Shown here: one piece after another, positions 27,163 through 40,683 of the stretch | Numbering within the stretch: position 1 is the first letter of the stretch | How the letters are laid out: the number at the start of each line of letters is the position of its first letter | Assembly (NCBI RefSeq): GCF_006345805.1 | Contig: NC_043002.1 | Coordinates: forward strand, 97,340,001 to 97,404,000 | From: Octopus sinensis | Taxonomy: Eukaryota | Direction of reading: 5' to 3' | Length of the DNA stretch: 64,000 bases | The notes under the pieces: model-generated | The model's input: only the letters and a program-made list of their open reading frames with translations | What the model was told of the DNA's origin: nothing | Databases searched by the model: none | Translations under genes and position numbers: made by a program

Positions 27163-27745
27163 TGTATGTATGTATGTATGTATGCATGTATGTATGTATG
27201 TATGTATGCATGTATGCATGTATGTATGTATGTATGTATGTATGTATGTATGTATGAATGTATGTATGTATGTATGTATGTATGTACGTATGTATGTATG
27301 TATGTATGTATGTATGTATGTATGCATGTATGCATGTATGTATGTATGTATGCATGTATGTATGTATGTATGTATGAATGTATGTATGTATGCATGTATG
27401 TATGTACGTAGTATGTATGCATGTATGTATGTATGTATGTATGTATGTATGCATGTATGTATGTATGCATGTATGTATGTATGTATGTATGCATGTATGT
27501 ATGTATGCTGTATGTATGTATGTATGTATGTATGTATGTATGTATGTATGTATGTATGCATGTATATGTATGTATGTATGTATGCATGTATGTATGTATG
27601 TATGTATGTATGCATGTATGTATGTATGTATGTATGATGCATGTATGTATGTATGCATGTATGTATGTATGCATGCATGTATGTATGTATGTATGTATGT
27701 ATGTGCATGTATGTATGTATGTATGTATGTATGTATGTATGTATG
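26674..27745. repeat. ~1.07-kb (TATG)n microsatellite with CATG variants
   Basis: Direct inspection. Confidence 0.98.
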
Positions 27746-28362
27746 AGGTTGTGCATGCACGTGTGGGTCAGGCTGTTAGATGTGTAAGTTAAGAGGTGGC
27801 GTACTGAATGACTATGCAAAAAATTTCTCAATTAATTTCCTCTTAGTTGGGGAAAGAAAGCAAATTCTTAGCTATTTACCTATGCACTTTTTTTTTATTC
27901 CGACTGTTTGATGTGTGTGTGTGTGCGCGTATCAATAGGTGTGTGAGTGCTTTTATAGGCTATCATGTGTGTGTGTGATTATGTATACTCCTGCATGTGG
28001 GTATTTTACGTGTTCTAGTGTATGTGGGCGCGCGTAAGTGTGTATGTGTGTATGTGCGCGCGCGCATGCGTGTGTATGTGTGTGTATTTATATATTTATG
28101 GAGGTATATTTCATATGTATAGATGCTTGCACATATATGTACATATGAATGCACGGTTAGATCTGTAGACAAATAGATAGACAAACGGACAGTCCGACAG
28201 GCAGACAGGCAGACATACAGGAAGAGATGTACGTGTCGGTATACATGAATGTGTTTGCTTTTCTACATGTGGGTATAATTTGGTACTTTTATGTATGTAT
28301 GTATGTATGTATGTATGTATGTATGTATGTATGTATGTATGCATGTGTACATGTATGTATGT

Positions 28363-29732
28363 TACTATCCAGTTTTATTTCAAGATTTCTTGCCAATAGA
28401 GAAAGTGCCGGTTTCTAACCTAGATCCACGGCTCCTTAAATGAAATTTCAACATTAAGAATAGGACGTGTATGTATGTATGTTTGTATGTATGTATGTAT
28501 GTTTATGTGCAGATTTGTATGTTTTGTTTTACGTATGTCCTCTCATGCACATACTTGCACATTTAGACAAGCTGAAATGATTAACCCCTGGAAAGTTTTA
28601 CAGATTTTTACAGTTCCCGTTTTGGACTGGATCTGTAGATTTCGAATTAGCTTTCTCCTTTCTGGTTTTGAGAAGCCTAATTTTTTAATATTAGTATTTA
28701 GACAGTGTGCTACATATACCGGTGCCCCAATAATTACAGGTATAAACCTGATCTTCTAGCCTGGATAGAGTAACTTCAGATTTCTCAATAGTTCAGCCTA
28801 GGTATTCTCTTTTTCACCCATCTTCAGCTTTATGTTAACATCCGCTAGGCAGCTGATTTCCACAAATGTACACAATTTATTTTCCTAATACCAAATCATT
28901 ATATTAGGTCTATAGTATTTACATTTTATTGAGGTTTTCACTGGGACATTCCATCAATACTCCGTTTTATTGTGAGTGGTTATGGCTTCTACCACACTGT
29001 AGGTTTCTCCATGGAGTTATCCGTTCGATGGATCTCGTTATACAGTGTCCTAGCCACAACATCATGTCTCATCATTAGATAATCCTGTGATGGCATTTTT
29101 GGGCAACTGCTTATGATGTGGGTGATATCTTCGGTGTGAACTCCACAAAGTCTGCATCGATTGTCACATGTTACTGTTTTTCCTGCATCTCTGTTCCTTT
29201 TGTGCATCAGGTATTTTGTTGATATTTCCTGTTCCTGGATTGCAAACGCGTATCATTCAAAGTGGGACGTCGTAATCCGGTTGTCGGTCCATGATAGACA
29301 GCTTTGGTGATCAATGTTACTATCAACTCTGAACTTTCAACTAACATATCTATGCATAATCTTCTGCTCATATAGTCTCATCCTTTCATCTAATGATACG
29401 TTGCGGTGGAGTCGTGCGACTTCTTTGGGCATGTATTGTAGGTTATCAGACAAGGAATACTGCTCAAGGAGCTGTTTCCAACTCTTATGATGTTATCAGC
29501 CTCATGTATGCAAACTTGGTCACGAGATGCACTTCGACACTTGCTGGTTAAAAGATGTTGCCGAAGTGATATGATACGACATATCGATGTTAAGCATCTG
29601 CCGCCTTGTTTTCGTTTTACATAGAGGCGGTCTACGTATGTGGAAATTATGTGTGCCTGTTAGTATCTTCCGGGGTTTCACGTCAATATCTCGGATCTCA
29701 TCAAGAGTCCAATCAAGCAGTCCAAACATCCC
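28363..29732 (-). mobile_element. R4/Dong-like RLE non-LTR retrotransposon, 3' portion (decayed)
   Basis: Peptides FGLLDWTLDEIRDIDVKPRKILTG..NFH, FAIQEQEIST, CRLC...EDITHIISSC...RHD (CCHC plus RHD), followed by endonuclease remnants; 3' UTR ends in (CATA)n. Confidence 0.85.
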
Positions 29733-29733
29733 T

Positions 29734-30759
29734 TGACCAAGTTTGCATACATGAAGCTGATAACATCATAAGACTTGGAAGGCAGATCTTTGAGCAACAC
29801 TCTGTGTCTCATAACTTAGAATACGTGCCCAAAGAAGTTGCACGACTCTACTGCAACATATAAGATGAAAGGATGAGCAGAAGACAATCCAAAGATATGT
29901 TAGTAGAAAGCTCCGTGATGATAGTAACATCGATCATCAAAGCAGTTTATCACGGACGAATAACTGGATTACAACCTCCCACTTTGAAGGGTATACGTTT
30001 GCAGTCCAGGAACAGGAAATATCAACCAAGTACTTGATGCACAAAAGGGATAGAGATGCGGGAAAAGCCGTAAAATGTGACAACCGTAGGGTTCAAACTG
30101 AAGACGTCACATACATCATACGCAGTTGTCCAAAAATGTCATCACGGTTTTCTACCGATGAGACATGATGTTGTAGCTAGGACACTCTATAATGAAATCC
30201 GTCGGAAGGATAATCCCGAGGACAAATAAATGAAAACCCATCATATTATAGAAGCCACAGCCACTCATAATGAAAAGGAATGATGTTGGAACGTACCAGT
30301 GAAGATCTCATTAAAATGTAAGCACAAGAGACCTGATATAATGATTTAGGATAGGGAAGAGAAACTGTGCAGAGTTGTGGAAATTAGCTGCCCAGCGTAT
30401 GTTAAGATAAAGCTGAAGATCAATCAAAAAGAGAACTCCTACGCTGAACTATTGAGAAATCTGAAGTTACTCTATCCAGATTACGAGTTCAGCTTTATAC
30501 CTGTAATTGTTGGAGCCATGGGATATGAAACACACCGCCTAAATACCAATCATGAGAAATTAGGCTTCTCGAAACCAGAAAGGAGAAGGCTACGGATCCA
30601 ATCCATCACTAGAACTGTAAAAATCTGTAAAACTTCCCAGACTTTTATCATTCAAATATATATGAGCATGTCTAGATATGTAACAATATGCATGAGAATA
30701 TATAGATAAAATATACAAATGTACACATACATACATACATACATACATACATACATACA

Positions 30760-30793
<34 letters not shown>

Positions 30794-30905
30794 CATACAT
30801 AACCTGTTGTTGATGTTGAGATTCCAATGGTGGAACCTTGGATCTAGGTGAGAAAGCGGTTCTTTCTCTATTGGCAAGAAATCTTGAAATAAACTGAATA
30901 ATGAC
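29734..30905 (+). mobile_element. R4/Dong-like RLE retrotransposon 3' portion, inverted partner of 28363-29522
   Basis: Same sequence in the opposite orientation; ORF 30377-30709 (VEISCP...KENSYAELLRNLKLLYP...FIPVIVGAMG) is RLE C-terminal; AATAAA plus (CATA)n tail. Confidence 0.85.
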
Positions 30906-31051
30906 ATACATACATACAAACATGTATGTATGTATGCATGTATGTATGTGTGTGTGTATGGATGGGGTGATTTATGTGTGCGTGTAGGCATGTAGGTATG
31001 AATGTGTACATGTATTGATGTTTGCATCCGTATCTAGATGTTTTTAGTACT

Positions 31052-31101
<50 letters not shown>

Positions 31102-31173
31102 CAAATTTGATTATTTTTGTGTATGCATGTTTACATTAAAGAGTTTTGTTGTTTGTTTTAGTATGTTATTGTT

Positions 31174-31521
31174 ATTACCTCCACCTTAGCGAAGACAGAG
31201 GTTTTGTTTTCAATCGCGTTTGTTTGTCCGTGGACGAGATATCTCAAGAACCGCCCGATGGATTCGGAGATGGTTGTCGTCGTGACTAACACGAACTGCT
31301 TAGAGTTGAGGAGTGATCGAGTACCGGACAAGGATTCTGTATTATTTTTCCGGGGTTTTTACTGAGTTTTTGAGAGCGATTAAGTTCATTTTTAGTATTC
31401 TCGTTTGTGAGAGCAGTTGAGTTTCTTTCAGGTATTCTCATTTTAAACAATCATCTCTGGCCAATTGTTGAGAGGGCATTGGTATTGCCTTGGTGGATGT
31501 TTGCGCTCTCGGAGTGCTCTT
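31174..31521 (+). mobile_element. Non-autonomous Helentron-associated element (HINE/DINE-1-like)
   Basis: 5' ATTACCTCCACCTTAG...GAGGTT followed by (GTTT)n, and 3' subterminal inverted repeat CCTTGGTGGATGT plus hairpin GCGCTC-TCG-GAGTGC. Confidence 0.6.
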
Positions 31522-31544
31522 GTGATTATTATTGTTGTTGTTGT

Positions 31545-32060
31545 TGCCTTTACACAGCTTTTAACGCTGGAGATGTACTACAGTGTCAGCTGTTCACTAC
31601 CAGTGAACTAAGGTAACACCTCTTATTTTTCGAGCACCTTCAGGAGTATTTGAGCGGTTCCAAGCAGTGCTGTTTTCTGCAAGTGCTCACCCTTATTGTT
31701 TCACGTACTTCTCGAGATTTTTGCTCACTGTTCCCAGGGCTCCGACAATTATTGGTACTACTACCTTTTTCATCGACCACAACTGCTTAACTTCCCAAGC
31801 TAACCTGACATATCTCTCGAATTTTCTTTCTTCCTTATCGCATACTTGCTGTCAGCTGGGCATGCTATATCTATGATCCAGCATATATTACTTTCTTTCT
31901 CAATTAGGACCATGTCCGGCTTCCTGTTCTCAATCACATGGTCGCACTGAATCATAAAATTCCATAGGATCTTTGCATTTCTATTTTCGATGATGCCTTC
32001 AAGTTTGTGGTCGTACCATTTTTGGCTCTTTTAAGATCATACTTGTTGCAGTTTTCGTAT
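31545..32060 (-). mobile_element. Second R4/Dong-like family, RLE endonuclease 3' fragment
   Basis: KWYDHKLEGIIENRNAKILWNFMIQCDHVIENRKPDMVLIEK...IIDIACP...VVVPIIVGALGTV...LQKTALLGTAQILLKVL*; (CAA)n/(TAA)n tail. Confidence 0.85.
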
Positions 32061-32169
32061 AGAAATATTGCAATCCATGTGTTTATATTTTCCCGCACGT
32101 GTTGTTGTGGCGGCGTATCTAAGGAAAGTAATTTTTTCGTATATATATATATATAGATATATATATATA

Positions 32170-33650
32170 TAGTTATATTTCGGAATGGTCATATTGCCAG
32201 TTTAGCCAATAAAAACACACGCACTATATATTTGGTGTTATTTTGCTTCAGTGTTATTTGTTTTTTACATTAATCTTAATCTTATTTCGGCCAGAGTTCT
32301 TTCGTCACACTCCTGTGACCGCATCAGTGGTCCTTTGTTTTCTTCTTCTTATTTGTGTCTCTCCTTACTAACCGTCAGCCATTTTGTATTTCTATTGTAT
32401 GTATTCAGTTGCGCATGCTTATATCTCTATGTGCGTCTATGTTTATTTAGTGTGTGTATGTGGAGGGATGCCTGTAATATTTGTATCTTCTGTTTATATA
32501 CGTTCATGTAATTTGTATTTTGTTTTTGTTGTTGTTGTTTTTGTTTATTCTTATTTTGTTCATGTGTTTACATCCACTTATTATTATCATTACATATGCT
32601 TGTATGTATGTATGTATAACAACAATACTAGTAATAATAATAATAAATCAAATCGAAAAAAAAATATATATATATACACATACATATATAAACATACACA
32701 CATACACACACACACACATATATATATATATAGTTATTTATTTCTATTTGTTTATTTATCTGTGTATTTATTATGTTTTCGGGATCCTCTATCGTCATAT
32801 GTTGTGGTGTGTGTTAGTGCTCCATTCTAGTTTTCTATTCAGGCTAGGTTTATTTTCTATTATGTGTGTAGCTTCTGTAATTTGTCTAATTGTTGCATCT
32901 GTTCTATGTGTGGGCAATATTTTAATTTCTCTGTTATTGATTGATCCCCCGTGTTCCTGTTCGGCGTGTTGGTACTGAATCGATGAGCTTTTACCTTCCT
33001 TGAGTTGTCTGCAATGTACATTTACCCGCTCTCCTATGCTTCTTGCCGTTTCCCCTACGTATGTCGTTGTCTTGTTACTGCATCGTCCCGCTATACATCT
33101 TATACTATAGACTACATTTCTGGCTTTACAGTTTGTTTGTGGGCTAAATCTACATACAGTACAGTACTTATCCGTACAGGGGGTTCTACTAAAAGGATAG
33201 GTTCTACCAATTATAGATTTGATAGGGTTGCCTGGCTTTTCAACAACCTAAATTCTTAGCTTAAGTTTGTCTAGGGTCCTTCTAAAGTTCACCTCCAGGG
33301 GTGGTGTCAACAAACATGACACTCTGGTATTTATGGCTATCATACCAAGAGTTGGCCTTCCCTATTTTCTTTTTTTTCCTTTCTATAGTGTTCCATGACT
33401 TGTTCCTATAGAGTGGGCAAATCCCATTCCTATCATTACATAATATATTATCAAATTTCTTCATGGCTCCTTCGTATACTCTGATCCTTTCTTGATGGCT
33501 GTAACCTGAGAACTGCATGCAGTGAATGAAATATTGTATGTGTCTCTTTAGCTCTGTGGGCTCGCACATGCGTGACACATTTCTCATTATTCTGACGAGG
33601 CCTGCCATCAAAATATTGAATTTGGCATTGTCCGCAATGGCTGAGTTTCA
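32170..33650 (-). mobile_element. Penelope-like element, 5'-truncated (RT thumb, Cys linker, GIY-YIG, 3' pLTR)
   Basis: NSAIADNAKFNILMAGLVRIMRNVS...FSGY...SVMFVDTTPGGEL, then a frameshift, then VVEKPG...CTDKYCTVC...CKARNVVYSIRC...YVGETARSIGER...H...H...RQITEATHI...PSLNRKLEW...* (stop 32795-32797). The 3' end carries an HHR and ends in (TA)n. Confidence 0.9.
32289..32333 (-). ncRNA. PLE pLTR hammerhead-like motif (A9C mutated)
   Basis: GGACCA-CTGATGC-G-GTCACA-GGAG-TGTGAC-GAAA-GAAC-TC-TGGCC, downstream of the GIY-YIG ORF. Confidence 0.65.
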
Positions 33651-33719
33651 GTTTCAGATTTTATCTAATCTTCCCGGCAGCTCGCTGTAACACGTCCATG
33701 TTGCTTGCTATTATTATTA

Positions 33720-33781
<62 letters not shown>

Positions 33782-34281
33782 CGACTAGCGCCCTCCATCG
33801 TAATCGCTGCTCTTGTGCCAAAATTTGATTATCCTTGAGTGAGAGAGCAACACGTGTCAACAAAGTGGCACTGAGGTACAAATATACGACTTAAATATAC
33901 CCATCATGACTACCCGGCTGATAAGAGTACACCAGGCACCTGCATCACAACCGTATGTGCGCGACATGGTAACTCAATATCAAGATAAACAGTGCATGAC
34001 CTTGCAGGTGGGGGCCCTGTTAGAATTTTCTTCAAATCGAGTAGGCCATCCCGTTCAAAATTCCATGAATAAGGTTTGCTTATGGATGATGAACGAAACA
34101 CCCATGTTTCCAAGAGTGAATTATTAAAACTCCAAAGAACCCTTCTCAACACATAGCTATGATGTTTCCCCACCAATCCTGCTCGCGATCAGAGATGCAC
34201 ATATCGTTAGCCATGAAGGGACATGCTGCACTACTTAAGGTCATTGTTATTATTATTCAGTAGTCTTATTTTATTTCACGA

Positions 34282-34610
34282 AGGCACATGGCTCAGTGAT
34301 TAGAGCGTCGAGCTTACGAACGTGAGGTTGTGAGTTCGATTCCCGGACCGGGCTGCGTGTTGTGTTCTTGAACAAGACACTCTTATTTCACGTTTCTCCA
34401 GTTCACTCAGCTGTAGAAATGAGTTGCGACATCACTGATGCCAAGCTGTATCTGCCGTTGCCTTTCCCTTGGATAACATCAATGGTGTGGAGATGGACGG
34501 CTGGTATGCATGGGAGACTGCTGGCCTTCCATAAAACAACCTTGCCCAGACTTGTGCCTGGGAGGGTAACTTTCTAGGTGCAACCCCATGGTCATTCATG
34601 ACCGAAAGGG
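34282..34610 (+). mobile_element. tRNA-derived SINE family D (related copy at 63257-63545)
   Basis: A box TGGCTCAGTGATTAGAGC, B box GAGTTCGATTCCC, then GTGTTCTTGA.CAAGACAC. Confidence 0.75.
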
Positions 34611-34639
34611 TCCCCTCTCCTTCTCCTCAGTCATATTTT

Positions 34640-35230
34640 TATCAAGTAATTTCACTGCGCTACCGAGCGCAGCTCTTTGTGCCTTGGGTATGTGCTATGG
34701 TTTGTTTTGGTGTTGATATTTTCACTGTATTGAAAGTACTTTATGTAGTGCGTGAACAGTGCCTTGTAGTGCTATTTTCTGTATGTTATGGACTTTCTAT
34801 ATGTAAACCCTGGTGTTTTCGTCATGTATTTCTCTGCATGTTTTTCATCATACCTAATGCACCTATTATTGTAGGGCTTGTTTGTGTTGTACTATTATTA
34901 TTGTTGTTGTTGTTGTTGTTGCTATTTTACTTCTCAGAGCTCTCGGTCTTACTTGCTATGGTTGATTCTTTGAGAGCGGACAGCAACTTGTTGTCAGAGG
35001 GCTCAAAGGGTCTCTTTCCGCTAATTATAAGCTTTGATACCTGCATGTTAACTTATCGTGGAAGTCAACACCTAAGCGCCAATCTCAAGATCCTAGCTGT
35101 CCTCAATAGAGCAGGTTTTTCTGAACCTTCTCCGAACACGTGTCAATTTAAACTTTTCTGTCATATTCTTCGAATATAGTTGTTAGTGTTCCGAGTGTCA
35201 CTACGACTACTGGGATGACAGTTACTCTCC
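34640..35230 (-). mobile_element. Two short R4/Dong-like 3' fragments
   Basis: PTIIGALGMMK...IQKIALQGTVHALHKVL and VIPVVVVTLGTL...PALLRTARILR remnants. Confidence 0.6.
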
Positions 35231-35323
35231 TACAACGTACATGATAACACTTCCAATCAGTTAAGATCAGAAGCCATATGAGCCACTTCCTGGTACTGCA
35301 TCAGGCATTGTTATTATTAATAA

Positions 35324-35376
<53 letters not shown>

Positions 35377-35655
35377 TAGGGAAGCTGGCAGAATCGTTAG
35401 CACGCAAAGCATGTTGCTGAGAGGCATTTCGTCCGTCTTTATGCTCTGAGTTCAAATTCCGCCGAGGCCGTTCATCCTTTCGGGATCGATAAATAAAGTA
35501 CCAGTTAAACGCTGTAGCCAATGTAATGAGGAAGCAGCACGAAAATCTCAAGCCACTACCTGATTCATAAGAACGCAAAACACGAGAATGACGACAAGAA
35601 TAATAATATCAAAAATGGTTACAATGTTTTTAACAGCATATGCAACAACAACCAT

Positions 35656-35826
35656 GGAGGCGCAGTGGCTCAGTGGTTAGGGCAGCGAACTGGCGGTCGT
35701 AAGAATGCGGTTTCGATTCCCAGACCGGGAATTGTGAGTGTTTACTGAGCAAAAACACCTAAGCTCCACGAGGCTCCGGCGAGGGGGTGGTGAACTCCAC
35801 TGTACTCTTTCGCCACAACTTTCTCT
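35656..35826 (+). mobile_element. SINE family C, 5' part
   Basis: GGAGGCGCAGTGGCTCAGTGGTTAGGGCAGCG...GGTTTCGATTCCCAGACCGGG. Confidence 0.85.
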
Positions 35827-37574
35827 AACCATGGTGTAACCCACTATGGTGTGGTAAACTTTCAGACCCTAGTCTAGATTGCGAATCCTCTGTACCCCAG
35901 GATGGTTCAGCTCTCCACCCGTTAAAAGCCACTGTTTACGGAATGAGGATGACAACGTAATTTTCGCGCCCGTGCAACCGCCAGTCTATCGCGTGTGGTG
36001 GGTGGATCTTCAAGTTGCCTCACGCATTCTTAGTAGCTTAGAGTAGACTCGAATTAGAGATTATTCTATGTGGCTAATGGCATGAGTCCTGATTGGAAGA
36101 AGAAGAAAAAGAAAAAGAAGAAGAAGAAGAAGAAGAAGAAGAAGAAGAAGAAGAAGAAGAAGAAGAAGACAACAGCATAAAATACAAACAGCAACAACAG
36201 TGATGACAAAATAGTGATGACTACAAAGTAAGTAGTAGGGTCGACTCCACAGTCAAGCACTCAATTTCTGAGATCAACTCAGTACCTCCCACCATTTCTT
36301 GATAACAATTAGGCTCGTCTGACATATGTGAGACTGTCTGTGAAGAGGAATGAGTGGTGAGCACAAGTTGCCATCCCAACCGAGGTTTAGACAGCTAAAC
36401 CCCACCCAGAAGTAGTGGCACACATCCTGGGGAATAACGGTCTAAAAGAAATATAGGTAGGTGTAGATCATGTAACCAAAACGAAGCAGTTCCGGGGCGT
36501 GGAAATACTGCCCAAGAGCAAAAACCCTGCGCTGAATCATTCCACAGGGATCCCATCTACACCCAACTTATTTACGGAGAACTACCTGCCAAGTACCACC
36601 TGGGTTTGACATCGTGCGTTTTCCCCCTGTGTCCCTTTGGAAGGAAGTGACACATCACTCGAAGTGAAACAAAAAGAGAGGGAGTTTTGGCCAGGTCCCA
36701 CAACAGAGATCCTCCTCTAGAACAAACCAGAGGGAAAGATCGTAGAAGTTATCCACATGCCGAATGTAGTGGATCTGCGTGTTGCAATTAAAGACAAAAG
36801 TCAAGAGGCCATTTATATGATAAGGAAGGCCGTTTCAGAGCTTTCTGCTCTCAACAAAAAGCCGAAGAATGAAGGTCCCCAAGAGCAGGAACAGCGTACA
36901 GCAGTAGCAGTGCCAGTAGCAGCGGTGAAAGGACAGGAACCCCAGCAACACTAAGAACAACAGAGTTGCAAAAGCAAGCCCATCAATGGCAATAGACACC
37001 CAGAACAGCAGAACTTAAACCCGGGACCCAGATAAATATTCAATCAATGTATTACTCTCTCTCTCTATCTATCTCTCTATCTCTCGCTCTTGCCCTTTTT
37101 TGAAGCACATTAGTAGGTACAGACTTACACATACCTCCATGCACTTCTGCATCGAATCTTTCCGACGAGAAAATATCATCTTTCAAGGAGAGGAAGAAAG
37201 ACAGTCAAGCAAAGACAAGGACAATAAAGATTTTGGAAAAAAACTCCACCCTTTCAGAACGATCCACACACCAACAACAGCATCCCTTACATCACACTTA
37301 TACCAAACGCAGACAGATACACAACCAAAACCACCACCATTGACATCCTCCTCAAAGAAAAGAAAGCACATGCAACAGACCGACTCACAAACAAACACAA
37401 AGTCATCAACAAAATATATCCACCCCTAACTTTCTGCTGGTAAGGAACACAAATAAAATAACTGATGTCCTTCTTCGAAAAAAAAAGGGAAACGTTGAAA
37501 CAGAGATGTCTTCAGTTCTAGTGATTTGAAAGTGCTAATAATTTTGAAATAAGGCTAGACTTGGGAACATAAGA

Positions 37575-37993
37575 TATTTATTTCTTTATTGCCCACGCGG
37601 AGCTAAACATAGAGGGGACAAACAAGGGGACAAAGGGATTAAGTCGTTTACATCGACCCCAGTGCGTAACTGGTGCTTCATTTATCGACCCCGACAGGAT
37701 GAAAGGAAAAATCGACCTCGGCTAAATTTGGACTCAGAACGTAGTGGTAGACGAAATACCTATTTCTTTACTACCCACAAGGGGCTAAACACAGAGAGGA
37801 CAAACAAGGACAGACAAACGGATTAAGTCGATTATATCGACCCAAGTGCGTAGCTGGTACTTATTTAATCGACCCCGAAAGGATGAAAGGCAAAGTCGAC
37901 CTCGGCGGAATTTTAACTCAGAACGTAACGGCAGACGAAATACCACTAAGCATTTCACCTGGCGTGCTAACGATTCTGCCAGCTCGCCGCCCT
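37575..37993 (-). mobile_element. SINE family B, tandem dimer
   Basis: Head GGCGGCGAGCTGGCAGAATCGTTAGCACGCC..., core GACTTTGCCTTTCATCCTTTCGGGGTCGAT (resembles the MetaSINE-type domain), tail CCCTTGTGGGTAGTAAAGAAAT. Confidence 0.88.
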
Positions 37994-38059
37994 AAAATAT
38001 TGAGGGAGAATTCCACCGATGATATGGGAAGTTGAGCGTAAGGGCCAGCATTAGGGTCC

Positions 38060-40020
38060 TTGGAAACTTCGCAAGGAAAACTCAAAATTCCATGGAGACC
38101 GATTAACCCGGCCTCCGGGACCAACAAATGGGTAAGTTATCCACTTTCTTTTCTCTTTATCTTTCAACCAACAAAAGCGGATCAGCGAATGAGATGTATG
38201 AATTCACATGGCCTGGAGTCACGCTGAAAGCAGGGTCGCCTGATCAATTACTTCACGCTGCTAGGTTTAGTTGTGATAGCCATCAAAAGCCAGAATTCCC
38301 AACGCACGCACCTTAGCATACGTGTTTGACAGTATTGCGATCTTTGTACCTTTTTATTAGCTCAAAATGGGGTTGGGGTGAAGGTACTGTTTCGGAAAGG
38401 CCTAGTCCTCGAGATCTTCTTGAACTCAGACAGTAAGTAGGCGGTCCTAGTCGTACACAATAGCGAAGATAGTGCCCTTAGACTAGTCGTTGTTTCTGCA
38501 TCGACTGGAGCGGGACTGTCGGATCTCTTCAGGCGTTTCGAGTTTTTCGTGGGATCATCCCGCTCTTTGGTGCTTGTAAGCGATTTTATCTCTATCTTGA
38601 ATGCACCTCTGGATTGCATGATAGGAGAGTGGATGTAACAGCCTCATGAACCTGATCAGTAGTTTCCATCTGGCTGACAAGTACTGACTGGATTTCTCGA
38701 ATACGCCAATGTGGACATGGACGATTAGATTAGCTTAGTAAAGACAGAGAGAGATAATTCTAAACTAGAGAAGAGCGAGTGAATAATCAAGAAGAATCGC
38801 TTAGAAAACGCACTGCAACCGACGTGCCGGCAGTGGGATTGACTTTTGCCCAATTCTTCAACGTTAAATACGAAGTTACCTTGTCAAAGCTAAGGTGTAT
38901 ATTCTAAGGCATCAAGGAACGAAAGCTGTTCGTTTGGTCCGGAGGCAGAGGTGCATTGCAGCAAGACAGGCATAATTAAGTTTTTGTTATATCGTGGGAG
39001 GCGCATGCTACTCGATTCCATGCAGGTGTGTGCGGCTTTTCAAAGGCACTTCATTCAACTGTTTGGGGTGGACGGTGGACCGGAGACCTGTGGTGCACCT
39101 TACCGCCTACTTCGATGGCCTGCCGTGGATCTTGACCGGGAAACTGGATTAATGCGAAAGACGATAACAACTAACTAACGCAGCACGTGGGAGCAGTCGC
39201 TGAAGCAGGATGACCTACCCTATGAGCTTTGTCTTTATTTACTAGACTTGTTCGGAGTCTTTTAACAGATGTCTACTGAACATGGCAGGGTGGGTGAATT
39301 TATCAACTTCAGGCTAAGTGCAGAGTTGAAGATTTTAGCCAATATGTTAGCTGAGAGGTTGGCGGTTGTTGTCAGTACTCTGATAGCTGAAGCACATACC
39401 AAGCAGATTTATCCACAACAACCTCTACCTCACGCAATACATCATAAAAAAGAGCGGGTAAAGAACATAGCATGAATGGGACTCTAATCAATTTAGATCC
39501 GTCAAAAGCTTTCGATAGGGTCGACCATCAATATTTGGCAGCTGCTGTCAAGGCACCGTGTTTAGGGCATGTCTTCAGGATCTGGATAGCTGCAATGGTG
39601 GTTAGAGTAAATGGTTACTTGTCGGAATGTTTACTTTCATGCAAACAGTCTGTCGAGTGTGTCCATTCTTTATCCTCTGTACATATAAACCCTAAATCCA
39701 CTACTGCAGAAATTGGAAATTTCGAGGGGCGATCCACGGCAAATAAGATGCGGGAAATACGTGTTTCCATACACAAACCACGTTGCCGTAATAGTGTCGG
39801 ACACCGCCAAACGCATCGAAGTGACTGAAACAACAGTAAGGAATACAAGTTGGTGACAGAAACAAAAATTCATTAAGAGAAATCATTGAATTTGCAAATT
39901 AACACTTGGAGAGTCAGGTCTATGCCGATCAACAGCATCTTAGGGCCCTGGACTTGGTGTTTGATTTGGTCCAGAGCTTCAGGTAGAAAGAACTGGGAAA
40001 AAGTGACGAGCTGGGTTGCT
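38060..40020 (+). mobile_element. Decayed L1/Tx1-like LINE ORF2 (APE and RT remnants)
   Basis: Remnants LSAELKILANMLAERLAVVV, GTLINLDPSKAFDRVDHQYL and VVRVNGYLSE (RT), with upstream APE-like pieces; many stops and frameshifts. 36300-37050 may be ORF1 debris. Confidence 0.75.
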
Positions 40021-40256
40021 AGTCTTATCCGGGGGTTAGTTGATACCATCGACCCCAGTACTTGACTGCTTTTTTTTTTCATATTGCTCCTGAAACGGTT
40101 AAAGAGGAAGTACACTTTGACTGTATTTGTTCCGGCTCTTTACGTTCTGAGTTCAAATCCTGTCGAGGTCAATTTTAACTTTCACTCCTCCGAAGTGGAT
40201 GAAATGAACTACTTGCCCTCAAAATTGCTGATCTTGTTAGAAGCAATTAGTATTGC

Positions 40257-40287
<31 letters not shown>

Positions 40288-40683
40288 GGTGGTGGTGACA
40301 TCATAGCCATAATCCTGTACAGTGTACCTTGAACAAGTCTTATCAATGTACTTTTTTGGTAGAATGTGAGATGCAATAGTTTCACTGCTATTTCTAGCAG
40401 GCCACGTAACCACTCAGTAACTTTCTAATTTTGTTCAGTTGTTATTGTTATTGTTACTTAGGGTCATTCCATGACTGATACTGCAGACATATGATCAAAA
40501 GGATTCTAGCCATGGCTATCCTGTCTTTTACTATAACAAAGACTGCATTATCCAATGTTTCCCTCCTTTCTTTAAGGTTGTAGGTGTCAGTTGAGGTAAA
40601 TTGGCTACTGTTTCTAACAGGTCGAGTGATTAGATAGTGTTGTTATATATGACTCTACTGATGTTTCGGTCTAAAACTGAAAC

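Noticed and set aside
26666-27831. HTYI/MYVC-rich ORFs up to 364 aa, and the many YI/CV/LS ORFs elsewhere
   Set aside because: Stop-free frames of (TATG)n, (TA)n, (TG)n and (GATA)n microsatellites.
32795-33650. Selenocysteine recoding in the PLE (Naiad-type)
   Set aside because: Internal stops in the readable part are TAG, not TGA, and I identified no SECIS.
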